DNA of 62,914 nt, filler included, from Chiloscyllium plagiosum (Eukaryota): assembly GCF_004010195.1 (NCBI RefSeq). It is 3 parts of one record of this genome, joined end to end, with 100 filler letters (N's around TTAATTAATTAA, not from the genome) between each part and the next. Parts side by side here need not be neighbours in the genome. Positions count along the whole stretch, not along the records: positions 1 to 23,274 come from NC_057712.1; 2 more parts are not named here. One strand, 5' to 3'. The translations under genes were made by a program, and so were the position numbers. This document shows positions 1 through 11,900 of the stretch, piece by piece (positions within the stretch are counted from its first letter, which is position 1; each line of letters opens with the position of its first letter). Under the pieces are notes generated by a model. The model saw only the letters and a program-made list of their open reading frames with translations, was not told the origin of the DNA and did no database searches.

Positions 1-254
1 GCCTACCTTTATATTTGATCCTCTCCTTCCTTATTTCTCTCTTTGTTATCCTCTGTTTGTTTTTGTAGCCTTCCCAATCTTCTGATTTCCCAGTGCTCTT
101 GGCCACTTTATAGGATCTCTCTTTTTCTTTGATAGATTTCCTGACTTCCTTTGTCAGCCATGGCTGTCTAATCCCTCCCTGGATAATCTTTCTCTTCTTG
201 GGAATGAACCTCTGTTCTGTGTCCTCAATTTTACCCACAAACTCCTGCCATTTG

Positions 255-428
255 ATGTAGGCACAATTATAATGTTTAAAAGACACATCTATAAGTACAT
301 GAATAGGAAAGGTTTGAAGGGATATGGGCCAGGAGCAGGCAGGTGGGACTAGTTTAGTTTGGGATTATGTTCGACATGGACTAATTGGACCAAAGAGTCT
401 GTTCCATGCCGTACGACTCTAAGACTCT
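255..428 (+). mobile_element. CR1/HER1-type LINE 3' tail
   Basis: ggcacaattataatgtttaaaagaca...gaataggaaaggtttgaagggatatgggcc...gactctaagactct, the same tail as at 6450-6622 and 51680-51863. Confidence 0.75.
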
Positions 429-429
429 G

Positions 430-1700
430 TGAATACTTTGCGTCTGTCTTTATGAAGGAACCAGGTGCTATCCAAAGGCCGAAGTTCTGATACCATAAGG
501 ATTCAAAATTGATAAGGGGGAAGTGTTAGGTAAACTGTCAGTACTTAAAATTGACAAGATACCAGGACTGGATGAAATGCATATGAAATATTGAAGGAAA
601 CAAGATTACATATTCTTCCTGACTGGCCATATTCTTCCTGACTTCTCTGGACTAAGTGAGGTGCCAACAGATCTGAGAACTGTAAACATTTCACCCTTCT
701 TCAAATAAACATTGTGCGATAAATATAAGCAATTATAGATCAGTCAGTTTAACTTCAATACTGGAGAATCTCTTACAACTAATTATTTGAAATAGTGATC
801 ATAGTAGTCACGTGGAAAGAGGTAAGTTGATAAAGAAGAGCCAGCATGGATATTTAAATGGGAAATCAAGTGTAACTAATTTGCTAGAATTTTTTCATTG
901 AAAGGGAAGCAATAAGGTTCAATGACAGTAATGATTTTGATGTGATGTACAGGGAATTTTAATACAACACAGTCGAACACAAACGAATTGTGAGCAAAGT
1001 CATAGCTCATGAAATAAAAGGATCAGGAGCAACTTGGATACAAAATTGGCCACTCCTTCATCAGGTGGTTGTGGAGTATGAGATTGGAGGACACAGCTAT
1101 TGTGGTCGAGAAGAGTGTGTGTATGTGTATGTGTGTGAGTGTGGGTATGACACTCACACTCTGAAAGCAGAGCTCTGAAAGCTAGGGCTTCCAACTAAGT
1201 CTGTTGGACCATAACCTGGTATTGTGTGATTTTTAACTGAATACAACCTAGTCCAACATCAGCACCTCCAAATCATGATATAAATGTAATTGTGCAGAGG
1301 ACAATTTTAATGCTTTTGGATGACATAAAACATGGAAGCATTGTAGATTGTAAGGAAGACAGCACAGAATTTCAAAAGGACATAGACATGTAGATAGAAT
1401 GGGTAGTTAAGTAGCAGGTGAAGTTCAAAGCAAAAAAGTGTAAAGTGATACATTTTGATCGGAAGAACATATGCAATATAAAACAAAGGTACAATTCTTA
1501 AAAGGGATGAAAGAGCAGGGAGACCTGAATGTATATGTACACATATCATTGAAGGTGGCAGGATGGGTAAAAAGCATAGTTAATAAAACACCCAGTCTCT
1601 TGGGTTTCTCAACAGGAACATAGAATACAAGAGCAAGGAGTGATGGTGAACTAATAGAAGACACTTGATTGAATGCACCTGGAGTACTGTCCATTTCTGC
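430..1700 (+). mobile_element. Degenerate CR1 LINE ORF2 (RT) fragments, interrupted at about 1051-1275
   Basis: Eroded RT motifs (cagtcagtttaacttc, cagcatggatattt, actaatttgctagaatttttt, caggtgaagttcaa). Confidence 0.6.
1051..1276. mobile_element. Deleted, fold-back Penelope-like remnant (family A)
   Basis: Left part is the reverse complement of ctccacaaccacctgatgaaggag; right part is gaaagctagggcttccaa..ataacctggt..tgatttttaact..ctccaaatcat. Both match 18720-18842 and 35125-35250. Confidence 0.65.
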
Positions 1701-1749
1701 AACCTCATGGCCATAATATCGCCCACTCTACTATTGTAACAGGAGATTA

Positions 1750-2720
1750 ACCCTGGATCAATGAAGATCAATGCAGATGAAGGCAGGGAGGCATGCCAAG
1801 ATCAGCACTAGGCATCCCTAAAAATGAGCTGTCAACTTGCTGAAGCCACAAAACAGGACTATTTGTGTGCAAAACAACACAAGCAGAAATTGATGGACTG
1901 AGTGAAGTAATTCCACAAATAAAGGATCTCATCTAAAGTCTGCAATCCTGCCACATCAAGTCGTAAGTTGTGATGAGCAATTAAACAATGAATGGGAGCA
2001 GGAGAGTCCACAACTCCCTTCATCAAAATTGGGGAAACCTAGCACATCACTGGAAAAAATAAATCTGAAAGATTTGTAACAATCTTCGCCCAGAAGTGCT
2101 AAGTGGATGATCTATCATGTCCTCCTCTAGAGGTCCCCAGCATCATAGATACCAGTCTTCAGTCAATTCAATTCACTGTAAGTAATGTCAAGAAAGAACT
2201 GGAGACACGGGGCGCTGCAAAACATATGGGTCCTGAAAACATTCCAGCAATAATACTGAAGGTTTCTGCTTCAGAACTTGCCATGGGTCTCGCCAAACTA
2301 CAACACTGGCATCTTCCCAACAATGTGTAAAATTGCCCAAGTATGTCATTTGCATACAAAGCAAGACAAGTCCAGCCTGGCCAATTCCCATCCCATCAAG
2401 TCTATTCTTGATCATCAGTGAAGTAATGGAAGGTGTCATCAACAGTGCTGTCAAGCAGCACTGGCTCAGTAATAACAAACTCACTGACATCCAGTTTGGC
2501 TTGCACTAGGACCACTCAGCTTCTTAGCCTCATTGTAACGTTAGTTCAGCCATGAACAAAAGAGCTGAATTCCAGAAGTGATTGCACTTAACATCAAGGT
2601 TGCATTTGAGTGAGTGCAGCATCAAGAAGCCATAGCAAAACTAGAGTCAAAGGGAAAACAAACCACTGATTGGAGTCATTGGAAAATGGTTATGGTTGTT
2701 GAAGGCCAGGCAACTGTGTT
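1750..2720 (+). mobile_element. L2/CR1-group LINE RT fragment (family distinct from HER1)
   Basis: Frameshifted GPENIPAIILK, P.SL..IIS.VMEG and QFG-like motifs. Confidence 0.65.
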
Positions 2721-2724
2721 CGAG

Positions 2725-3625
2725 GACATGTGAATGTAGGAGGCATGGTTAGTAAGCTTGCAGATGACACAAACATTGGAGGTGCAGTGGACAGCAAAAA
2801 AGGTTACCTCAGAGTACAACAGGACCTTGATCAGATGGGCCAATAAGCCGAGAAGTGGCAGATGGAGTTTAATTTAAGATAAATGTGAGGTGCTGCATTT
2901 TGGAAAGGCAAAACAGGGCAGGACTTATACACTTTATGATAAGTTCCTGGGAAGTGTTGTTGAACAAAGAGATGTTAGAAATGCAAGTTCATAGTTCATT
3001 GAAAGAGGAGTCACGGGTAGACAGATGTTTGGTATGCTTGCCTTTATTGGTCAGTGCTTTGAATATAGGAGGTGGGAGGTCATGTTGCGACTGTACAGGA
3101 CATTGTTAGACCACTTTTGGAATATTGCATTCAGTTCTGGTCTCCTCGCTACAGGAAAGATGTTTTTTAACTTGAAAGGATTCAGAAAAGATTTACAGGG
3201 ATATTGGAGGATTTGAGCTATAGGGAGAGGTTAAATAGTCTGGGGCCATTTTCCCTGGAGGATTAGAGGCTGAGGGGTCACTTTATAAAGGTTTATAAGA
3301 TCATGAGGGACATGGATAGAATGAATAGTCAACATCTTTTCCCTAGGGTAGGGGTGTTCCAAACTAGAGGGCATAGGTTTAAGATGAAAGGGCAAAGGTT
3401 TAACAGGGACCTAAGAGGCAACATTTTCATGCAGAGGGTTGTGCATGTATGGAATGAACTGCCAGAGGAAGTGATGGAGGTTGGTACAATTACAACATTT
3501 AAAAGGCTTTTGGATTGGTATATGAATAGGAAGGGTTTAGAGGGATATGGGCCAAATGCTGGCAAATGGGACTAGATTAGTTTAGGCTATCTGATCAGCA
3601 TGGATGAGGTGGGCTGAAGGGTCTC
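2725..3625 (+). mobile_element. CR1/HER1 LINE, 3' portion
   Basis: KLADDT-like motif; ORFs EYRRWEVMLRLYRTL and TRGHRFK..FMQRVVHVWNELP; conserved 3' tail. Confidence 0.88.
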
Positions 3626-3629
3626 TTTA

Positions 3630-5664
3630 AGAGCAAAGAAAATTAAAGCACAGGAACAGACCATTCAGCTCTCCAAGCTTGCACTGATCCAGATCCTCTA
3701 TCTAAACCGGTCGCCTATTTTCTAAGGATCTGTATCCGTCTGCTCCCTGCCCATTCACGCATCTCTCCAGATACATCTTTCATGACACTATCATGCCCGC
3801 CTCTACTACCTCCACTGGCAATATGTTCCAGGCAGCCACCACCCTCTACATAAAAAAACTTTCCATGCATATCTCCCTTAAATTTTCCATTTTCACCATG
3901 AACTCGTGACCCCTAGTGATAGAGTTCCCCACTCTGGGGAAAAAGCTTCTTGCATCCATCCTGTCTATACCTCTCATGATGTTGTAGGCCTGAATCAGGG
4001 TCCCCCTCAACCTTCCTCTTTGTAATGAAAATAATTCTAATCTACTCAACCTCTCTTCATAGTTAGCACCCTCCATACCAGGCAACATACCAGTGAACCT
4101 CCTCTGCACTGTTTCCAAAGCATCCACATCCCTTTTGGTAATTTGGCAACCGGAACTGTACGCAGTATTCCAAATGTGGCCGAACCAAAGTCTTATACAA
4201 CTCTAACATGACCTGCCAACTCTAGTTCTCAATACCCCATCCGTTGAAGGAAAGCATGCCACATGCCTTCTTGACCACTCTATTGACCTGCATTTTCACC
4301 TTCAGGGTACAATGGACCTGAACGCTCAGACCTTTTGGTACATGAATTTTCCCCAGAGCTTTTCCATTTACTGCATAGCTTAGTCTATAATTGGATCTTC
4401 CAAAAGGCATCACCTTGCATTTGTCTGGATTGAACTCTATGTGCCAATTCTCTGCCCAACTCTCCTATCTATCTATATTCTGCTGCATTCTCTGACAGTC
4501 CTCTTCACTATCTGCTACTCCACCAATCTTAGTGTCATCTGCAAACTTGCTAATCATACGACCTTTCTCCAGATCATTTATGCATATCACAAACAACTGT
4601 GGTCCCAACACAGATCCCTGTGGAACACCATTGGTCACAGTTCTCTTTTTTTGAGAAACTCCCTTCCACTACTGCTCTCTGTCTCCTGCTGCCCAACTTG
4701 TTCTATATCCATATGGCTGGTACACTCTGGACCCGATGCAACTTCACTTTCTCCATCAGCCTACCATGGGGATCCTTACCAAAAGCCTTAATGAAGTCGA
4801 TGTATATGACATCTTACAGGCCTTCCCTTATCAATCAACTTTGTCACTTCCTCAACGAATTCTATTAAGTTGGTTAGATATGACCTTCCCTGTACAAAGC
4901 CATGTTGCCCATCACTGATAAGCCCATTTTCTTCCAAATGTAAATAGATTCTATCTCTCAGTACATTCCCCAGCACCTTCCACACCACAGACTTCAGGCT
5001 CACTGTCTATAATTATCCCTGCTAAAATTCTTAAAAAAGGGGACAACACTAACAGTTCTCCTGTCCTCCATGACCTCACCTATGTTCAAGGATGCTGCAA
5101 AGTTTTCTGTGAAGGCCGTAGCTATTTCCTCTGTCACATTCTTCAGTAACCTGCGATAGATCCCATCTGCACCTGGGGACTTGTCTACCTTAATGCCTTT
5201 TAGAATACCCAACACTTCCTTCTTCCTTATGCTGACTTGACATAGAGTAATCAAACATCTATCCCTAACCTCAACATCCATCATGTCCCTCTCCTTGGTG
5301 AATACCGATGCAAAGTACTCATTAAGAATCTCACCCATTTTCTCTGACTCCATACATAACCTTCCTCCTTTGTCCTTGAGTGGGCCAAACCTTTCTCTAA
5401 TTACCCTTTTGCTCCTTATATATGAATAAAAGGCTTTGGGATTTCCCTTAACTCTGTTTGCTGAAGATATTTCATGACCCCTTTTAGCCCTCTTACTTCC
5501 TCATTTCAGTTTGGTCCTACTTTCCTGATATTCTTCCAAAGCTTTGTCAGTATCTAGACCTTATGTATGCTTCCTTTTCCCTCTTAGCTAGTCTCACAAT
5601 TTCATTTGTCATCCATGGTTCCCTAATCTTGTCATTTCTATCCCTCATTTTTACAGGGACATGT
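3630..5664 (-). mobile_element. CR1 LINE ORF2 (RT) remnant
   Basis: Minus-strand ORFs LNEYFASVFTKE, KSPGADGI, QHGFVQGRSYLTNLIEF, LETVQRRFTGMLPG. Confidence 0.88.
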
Positions 5665-6010
5665 TAAAACTGTCCTAGAATGTTAAGTTTGATTGTTCTA
5701 AGCTATTGATACAAGCAACTTGAACAAATTTCTGTGAGGGATCGTATTTCCATGCTGTGAATTTAAATACATCAGGAGGTTATTTCAATGCAATATGCAA
5801 TTTATTAAATTGACTCCAAAACCAGAACAATGAATTTTAATATGTGTAGAATTAATGAAATAGCAATTCTTCATGTCCCTAATTGTATCATTTCTATTCA
5901 AATAGCAAAAGCAAACTCCAAAGGCAGAAGTGAGTTGCTCTGATGTTGTAGTTAGTTAATATACCATCAATGTGGTATAGAGCAGAAAAGCTTCCATTGT
6001 GGATTTCTAA

Positions 6011-6622
6011 AAGAGTATTGAGTACAGGAGTTGGGAGGTCATGTTGCGGCTGTACAGGACATTGGTTAGGCCACTGTTGGAATATTGTGTGCAATTCAGG
6101 ACTCCTTCCTATCAGAAAGATGTTGTGAAACTTGAAATAGTTCAGAAAAGATTTACAAGGATGTTGCCAGGGTTGGAGGATTTGAGCTATAGGGAGAGAC
6201 TGAATAGGCTGGGGTTGTTTTCCCTGGAGCGTCGGAGGCTGAGAGGTGACCTTATAGAGGTTTACAAAATTATGAGGGGCATAGATAGGGTAAATAGGCA
6301 AACTCTTTTCCCTGGGGTGGGGAATACAGAACTAAAGGGCATAGGTTTAGGGTGAGAGGGGAAAGATATAAAAGAGACCTAAAGGGCAACTTTCTCACAC
6401 AGAGGGTGGTACGTGTATGGAATGAGCTGCCAGAGGAAGTGATGGAGGCTGGTACAATTGCAACATTTAAAAGGCATTTGGATGGGTATATGAATAGGAA
6501 GGGTTTGGAGGGATATGGGCAGGGTGCTGGCAGGTGGGACTAGATTGGGATGGGATATCTGGTCGGCATGGACGGGTTGGACCAAAGGGTCTGTTTCCAA
6601 GCTGTACATCTCTATGACTCTA
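6011..6622 (+). mobile_element. Young HER1/CR1 LINE 3' fragment
   Basis: MLRLYRTLVRPLLEYCVQF..RRLRGDLIEVYKI; QRVVRVWNELP; ends ctctatgactctat. Confidence 0.9.
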
Positions 6623-7500
6623 TGTCTGTCCTGCATTCTAATCAACCTCTCTTTAAGAGCCTCCCACATATCAAATGTGGCTTTACCTTCAAATAGCTGG
6701 ACCCAATCTACATTCAGCAACTCCTGCTAAATTTTGTGATAGTTAGCTTTTCCCCAATTTAGCATTCTTCCTTTAGAACTACACCCGTCTTTATCCATGT
6801 GTATTCTAAAACATACAGAATTGTGATTAGTATCCCCAAAGTAAACCCCTACTGAAACTTCAACCACCCGGCTGGTCTCATTCCCCAGCACCAGATCCAG
6901 TATGGCCCCTTCCTGAGTTGGACTATTTACATACTGCTCTATAAAACCCTCCTGGATGCTGCTTACAAATTCTGCTCCATCTAGACCTCTAACACTAAAT
7001 GAATCCCAGTCAATGTTGGGAAAATTAAAATCTCAGATCACTACCACCCTGTTGTTCTTACATCTTTCCATAATCTGTTGACATATTTGTACCTCTATCT
7101 CACAATTGCTGTTGGGAGGCCTGTAGTACAACCCCAACATTGTTACCACATCCTTTCTAATCCTGAGCTCTGCCTATATTGCCTCACTGCTCAAGTCCTC
7201 CATAGTGCCCTCCTTCAGCACAGCTGTGATGTCCTTTCTGACCTGTAATGCACTCCTCCATCCCTTTTACCTCCTGTCTATCCTACCCGAAGCATCTATA
7301 TGCTGGGATATTTAGTTGCCAAGCATGTGCCTCCCTCAACTAAGTCTCAGTAATAGCAATAACATCACACTCCCAGTTACTAATCCAAGCCCAAGTTCAT
7401 TGCCTTACCTACTGCACTTCTCACATTAAAACAAAGGCACTTCAGACCACCTGTCCCTCTGCATTCATCATCTACTCTCTGCCTACTGTTCCCCCTCCAT
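6623..7500 (-). mobile_element. CR1 LINE endonuclease-region remnant, continuation of 3630-5664
   Basis: The sequence resumes ggacatgt|ctgtcctgc. The minus strand has APE-type motifs (IAITETWL-like, YYRPP, DFNFPNIDW). Confidence 0.75.
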
Positions 7501-7529
7501 GCTGTTCATCTCCATGACTTTATAACTCT

Positions 7530-8460
7530 ATGTCGGCAGGAGTTCCTAGCCCCAACCATCTTCTGCTACTTCATCAATTACCTTCCCTCCATCATAAGCT
7601 CAAAAGTGATATATTTGTTGGTGGAACAATGTTTAGCATAATTTTGTTGACTCCTCAGATTCTAAAGTAATCCATGTCCAAATGCAGCAAGATATAGGCA
7701 ATATCCAGGATGGCTTGAAAGGTGACAAGCAAAATTCATGTCACACAAGTGTCAGGCAATGTCCACTAGCAATAAGAGAGAATCTAACCAATGTCCCTTG
7801 ACATTCAATGGCATTATCATCATTGTATCCCCCATCATCAATGTCCTGGGGTTACCACTGACCAAAAACTGAACTGGAATAGCCATATAAATACAGTGCC
7901 TACAAGAATGGGTTAGAGTCCAGAAATCATGCAGTGAGTAACTCACCTTCTGACTCTCCAATGAATGTCCACATCCACAATGCAAACATCAGGAGTACAA
8001 GAGTATAATGGAAAGCTTCCCACTTGTCTGAATGAGTTGCAGGTCCTACAATATGCAAGAAGCTGGACAAAGCAGCCTACTTGATTGGCACCACATCCAC
8101 AAATATTCATGCCCTCCACCATTGACATTCAGTAGCAGCAGTGTGTACCACCTACAAGTTGCACTGCAGAAATTCATCAAAGCTTCTTGGACTGTACCTT
8201 CCAAACCCACAATCATTGCCATCTATAGGACAAGGGCGGCAGATACATGGGAACACCACCATTTAAAATTCCAGGTTGGAAATATATCGCTGTTCCTTCA
8301 GTGTTGTTGAATCAAAATCCTGGAATTCCTTCCCTAAGGACATTGTGGGTCGACCTACATCAAATGGATTGCAGTGGTCAAGAAAGCCACTCACCACCAC
8401 TTTCAAAAGGGTAAACAGAGCAATCAATTAATGGTGATCTAGCCAGTGACACCTATATCA
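7530..8460 (+). mobile_element. L2-like LINE 3' portion
   Basis: Same family as 41195-42550 and 56760-57290: tccatgtccaaatgcagcaag, gaccaaaaactgaactgga, aaaatcctggaattccttccctaa tail. Confidence 0.7.
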
Positions 8461-8559
8461 CTGAACTAATGAATAAATAAAATTAATTTTTGAAATTTGA
8501 TTTCAGGAAAGTTCTATTTTCAAAATAATCAATTGATGGAAATATCTGCCTATCTATCT

Positions 8560-9230
8560 GAGACAGTGATCAGCTGAGCAGAGGTGATGGGAAGATAGAG
8601 GGCTGTGTTGTCAATGTGCACGCGGAACTTCACGTCATGTTTTCAGATGATGATTCTGAGGGACATCATTTCGATGAGTGATGAGGCATTGGCCAGGCTG
8701 GCTCATTGAGGGATTTCCAGAGGTAACACTGCAGGAGTCAGAAGCAAATTCATTGCAGACTGATTCTCAAGCTATGATTGGATAGATTAAAAAAGAGGAA
8801 TTAGGCAATTGGCCAATCCCGCTCAGCTAGACAATGGTGGTGGAGAGTTGTTGCAAGCTAGTGATAGCACTAACCACTTCAAAGGCTGCAGAAATTTCAA
8901 GATGGAAGTAATTTATCACATTCACAGTTGCAAAGGACACCATTTGTGATTTTGACAAGGGCCATTCAAGTGTTGTGACAGAAAGAGAAACTGGTTGGAA
9001 GTCAATTGAAAATGAGCTTGTGAGTAAAATAGGCACAATTTGGGAGATGACAACAAACACAAAGATTTTGGAGTTGAGCATTTTGAAGATGGGATGGTAT
9101 ATTGCAAGCATAGAGGGGTCAAGGTTGAATTTTTTGATAATGGTGATGTCAGTAGATATGAAAGTGAGGGGGTGGTATCATGGGAGGGGAGCCTATTATA
9201 TGGGGCCGAAGAGGGAAGATGGGTGATGAG
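8560..9230 (-). mobile_element. Old L2-type LINE RT fragment
   Basis: Minus strand resembles Q.GF...HST/ETAL.KV.ND and SAAF..V..LLQ.L motifs; heavily eroded. Confidence 0.45.
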
Positions 9231-11619
9231 CATTTTATTATGCATCGCAAGAGCAGGAGACGTATCTCATGAAAGGAAAGCCTTGCAAAACAAAAAGCAT
9301 ACAGCATGATGAAACACGTCTCTACGCTGTGAATTGAGCATTCTAATTCACATGCCTCAACTCTGACTCACATATTTTCTCGCAGACAGCATGTGCATTG
9401 TCTCAGCACGATAAGAATATTGTACTCCACAGATTCAAAAGGGCATTTAATCATCCCTGTGCTTTGTTCCAATAAGGGTTAGTACCCTAATCCCACGCTC
9501 CCAGTGGGGAAGCTGCACTTAAAGTGGGTCGGAGGAAGATATTAGAACCTTGGTTCCCTGACCACTGCTCCTTGAGAGCATGAGACCATGAATTAGTCCA
9601 ATAATTTTCAAACTCATTCTTAAACAAGTATTTATTCAGACTTTTAATGGATAATTAATACAAAATGATTGCTCATGCTGAGATTTTATTTCATACCACC
9701 TGATGTATTTCATGTGAAAAATATTTTTATAGTTTGCAGTCTTGCTTGGCTTATTAATATGCTTGTTAATTTTGTACTTTTGTCCTTCAGTTCTGTAACC
9801 ACAACTCAGTTGTAATTATTTTTTTTCCTCACTGTTCCATTTTAAAGATTTATAAGATTTTTAAAGGTAAGCAACATTCTCAGTCTTTTAATCAAGTGGA
9901 TGATAAACAATAATAATATGATTTTTGTTTTGTTGGCAATGTTTCAAGTTAGTCTTTGTTTATATCATGCCAATTGTTTTGATTGATCATCATTGATAAG
10001 TTAATAGATTTTTTTAAAAAGTTAATCTCCTGTTTACTATTCCACTCACCAGAAAATGCTCCAATAGTACCCCATAAAATCTAACATATTTTATCGTCAT
10101 GGTGCAAATTCCCCTGCCTCCCCACTCCTTCACCTCCCATTGTCCTCTTTCCCTCCGTGCCAACCACAACACCTACCTATATTGCCCACTTCATGAAATA
10201 ATTTTCGTTTCCTATTATTCTTTCATGGGATGCAAGCATCACTGATAAGGCCAGCAATAGTTGTTTACCCATATTTGCCAGGGAACTGAATGGCTTGCTA
10301 AGCCATTTCTGAGAGGAGTTAAGAGTTAACAACATCTCTATTGATCTGGAGTCAAGTGTAGTACAGATGGCAGATTTTCCTTCGATAAAGGATACTAGCG
10401 AACCAGATGGGTTTTTATTGCAATTGATAATAGCTGTCATGGTTACCATTACTGAGCTATCCTTATAATCCAGATTTATTAATTGGATTTAAATTTAACC
10501 TTACAAGATGGAATATAAACCCATGTCCCCAGAACATTAGCCTGGGTTCTGGATTACTACTTCAGAACAGTCTTCCCCCAAATATCATACATCACTTCTT
10601 TTATCTATCCCTTTAATTATTATTCCTTCTGGTAGCTCAATCTTACCACCATTGCCTCTCCTGAAATAATCTCAAAATCCTTTCCTTTGAAGCCACATGG
10701 CAAATTTCTCATTTCTCCCAGTTCCCATCTTACTCTTCGCATTCAACCACATCATTGAGCTAAGTCTCCATTTTTCTGACTGCATTGGCATCTCTAAACC
10801 TTTCCTTCTACAAACACAACCATTGCTCATGTCCTTTTAATTCCCATTGTCTCAATCACAAAATGAGGCTACCATTGACTACATTTTTGTACCCCTCACC
10901 AAACAACCTTCTATTCCTGTTCAATCTCATTTCTTCCTACGTCCAACCCTGAAAGAAAGATCTCTCTGTTAACAAAGTATTACTTTCTTGCTCAGTTGTT
11001 CGCAACATCAACATTTTCAACCATCTAAATTTCTGTCTTCCTCTCACTATAAAACTTGTGTGGCTGTTGATGTGTAAGCTTATAAGTATTTAAAATAATT
11101 GATTTTGGTTTGTGCCACTAACCATTTTGCTTAACTGAGGTGTCTGAGCGCTCCAGACTGACTGAAATAACATTCTTGCTTTGAACAGGCAATCAGGTTT
11201 ATCAATGTGATTAACATCATTATTAGATGTCAGTGAGGTCGTTTAAAATTAAATTTCACTGACCTTTATGTTGAAAGGTTCCAGAATGAGTTTCCAGAGA
11301 CTTGTGAAACTCATCAGTGAAATGAAAATGAGATTGAGCCACAATTCAAGTTAATATTTGAAGTTATGTTTGTCCCATCTGAATAAAAGCTCAGTTATTA
11401 CAGCTGGTGCTTCAACTCCCTCTAGCAAATATTTGACAAAAGACTTATTTTGATACAGCTTTTTCAGGTCCTTGAAGACTTTCAAACTGATAAGGCCAGC
11501 ATAGGAAACCTAATGCAATTGGTTAACAAATGTGAGACCACTGCCATCCAGAGCAGTGACCAAGTATGAAGAACTATAAGTAGATTGAATCACCAGGAGG
11601 AAAGTGTACAGGGGGTGAG

Positions 11620-11900
11620 GTGAACAGGAGTTAGGACCTCACCAAAGAGCTATACCCAAAGGAAGTATACAGAAGAGAAGAATTGTGCAAGAGGTAAGTG
11701 CACAGCAGGAGAAGACTTGTCACCTTCTAAAGCTGGTAGCCACCTAGTTAGTGGTTATGAACATCACCATGGTATTTTTTTGCATCAGAATACACCCAAG
11801 TGCTGCTAGAGATTTATCAAGAGATTCCCAGTCAGTTTAATATAAACGCATAAGGCAGATGATGAATGAATGGTTTTCCACAATTGGGCATAATGTCAAC
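11620..11900 (+). mobile_element. Possible PIF/Harbinger transposase relic
   Basis: Broken translation YPKEVYRR..CHLL..FFAS..RDLS..QS..RIRQM..GFPQ follows the motif order of Harbinger transposases. Confidence 0.35.
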
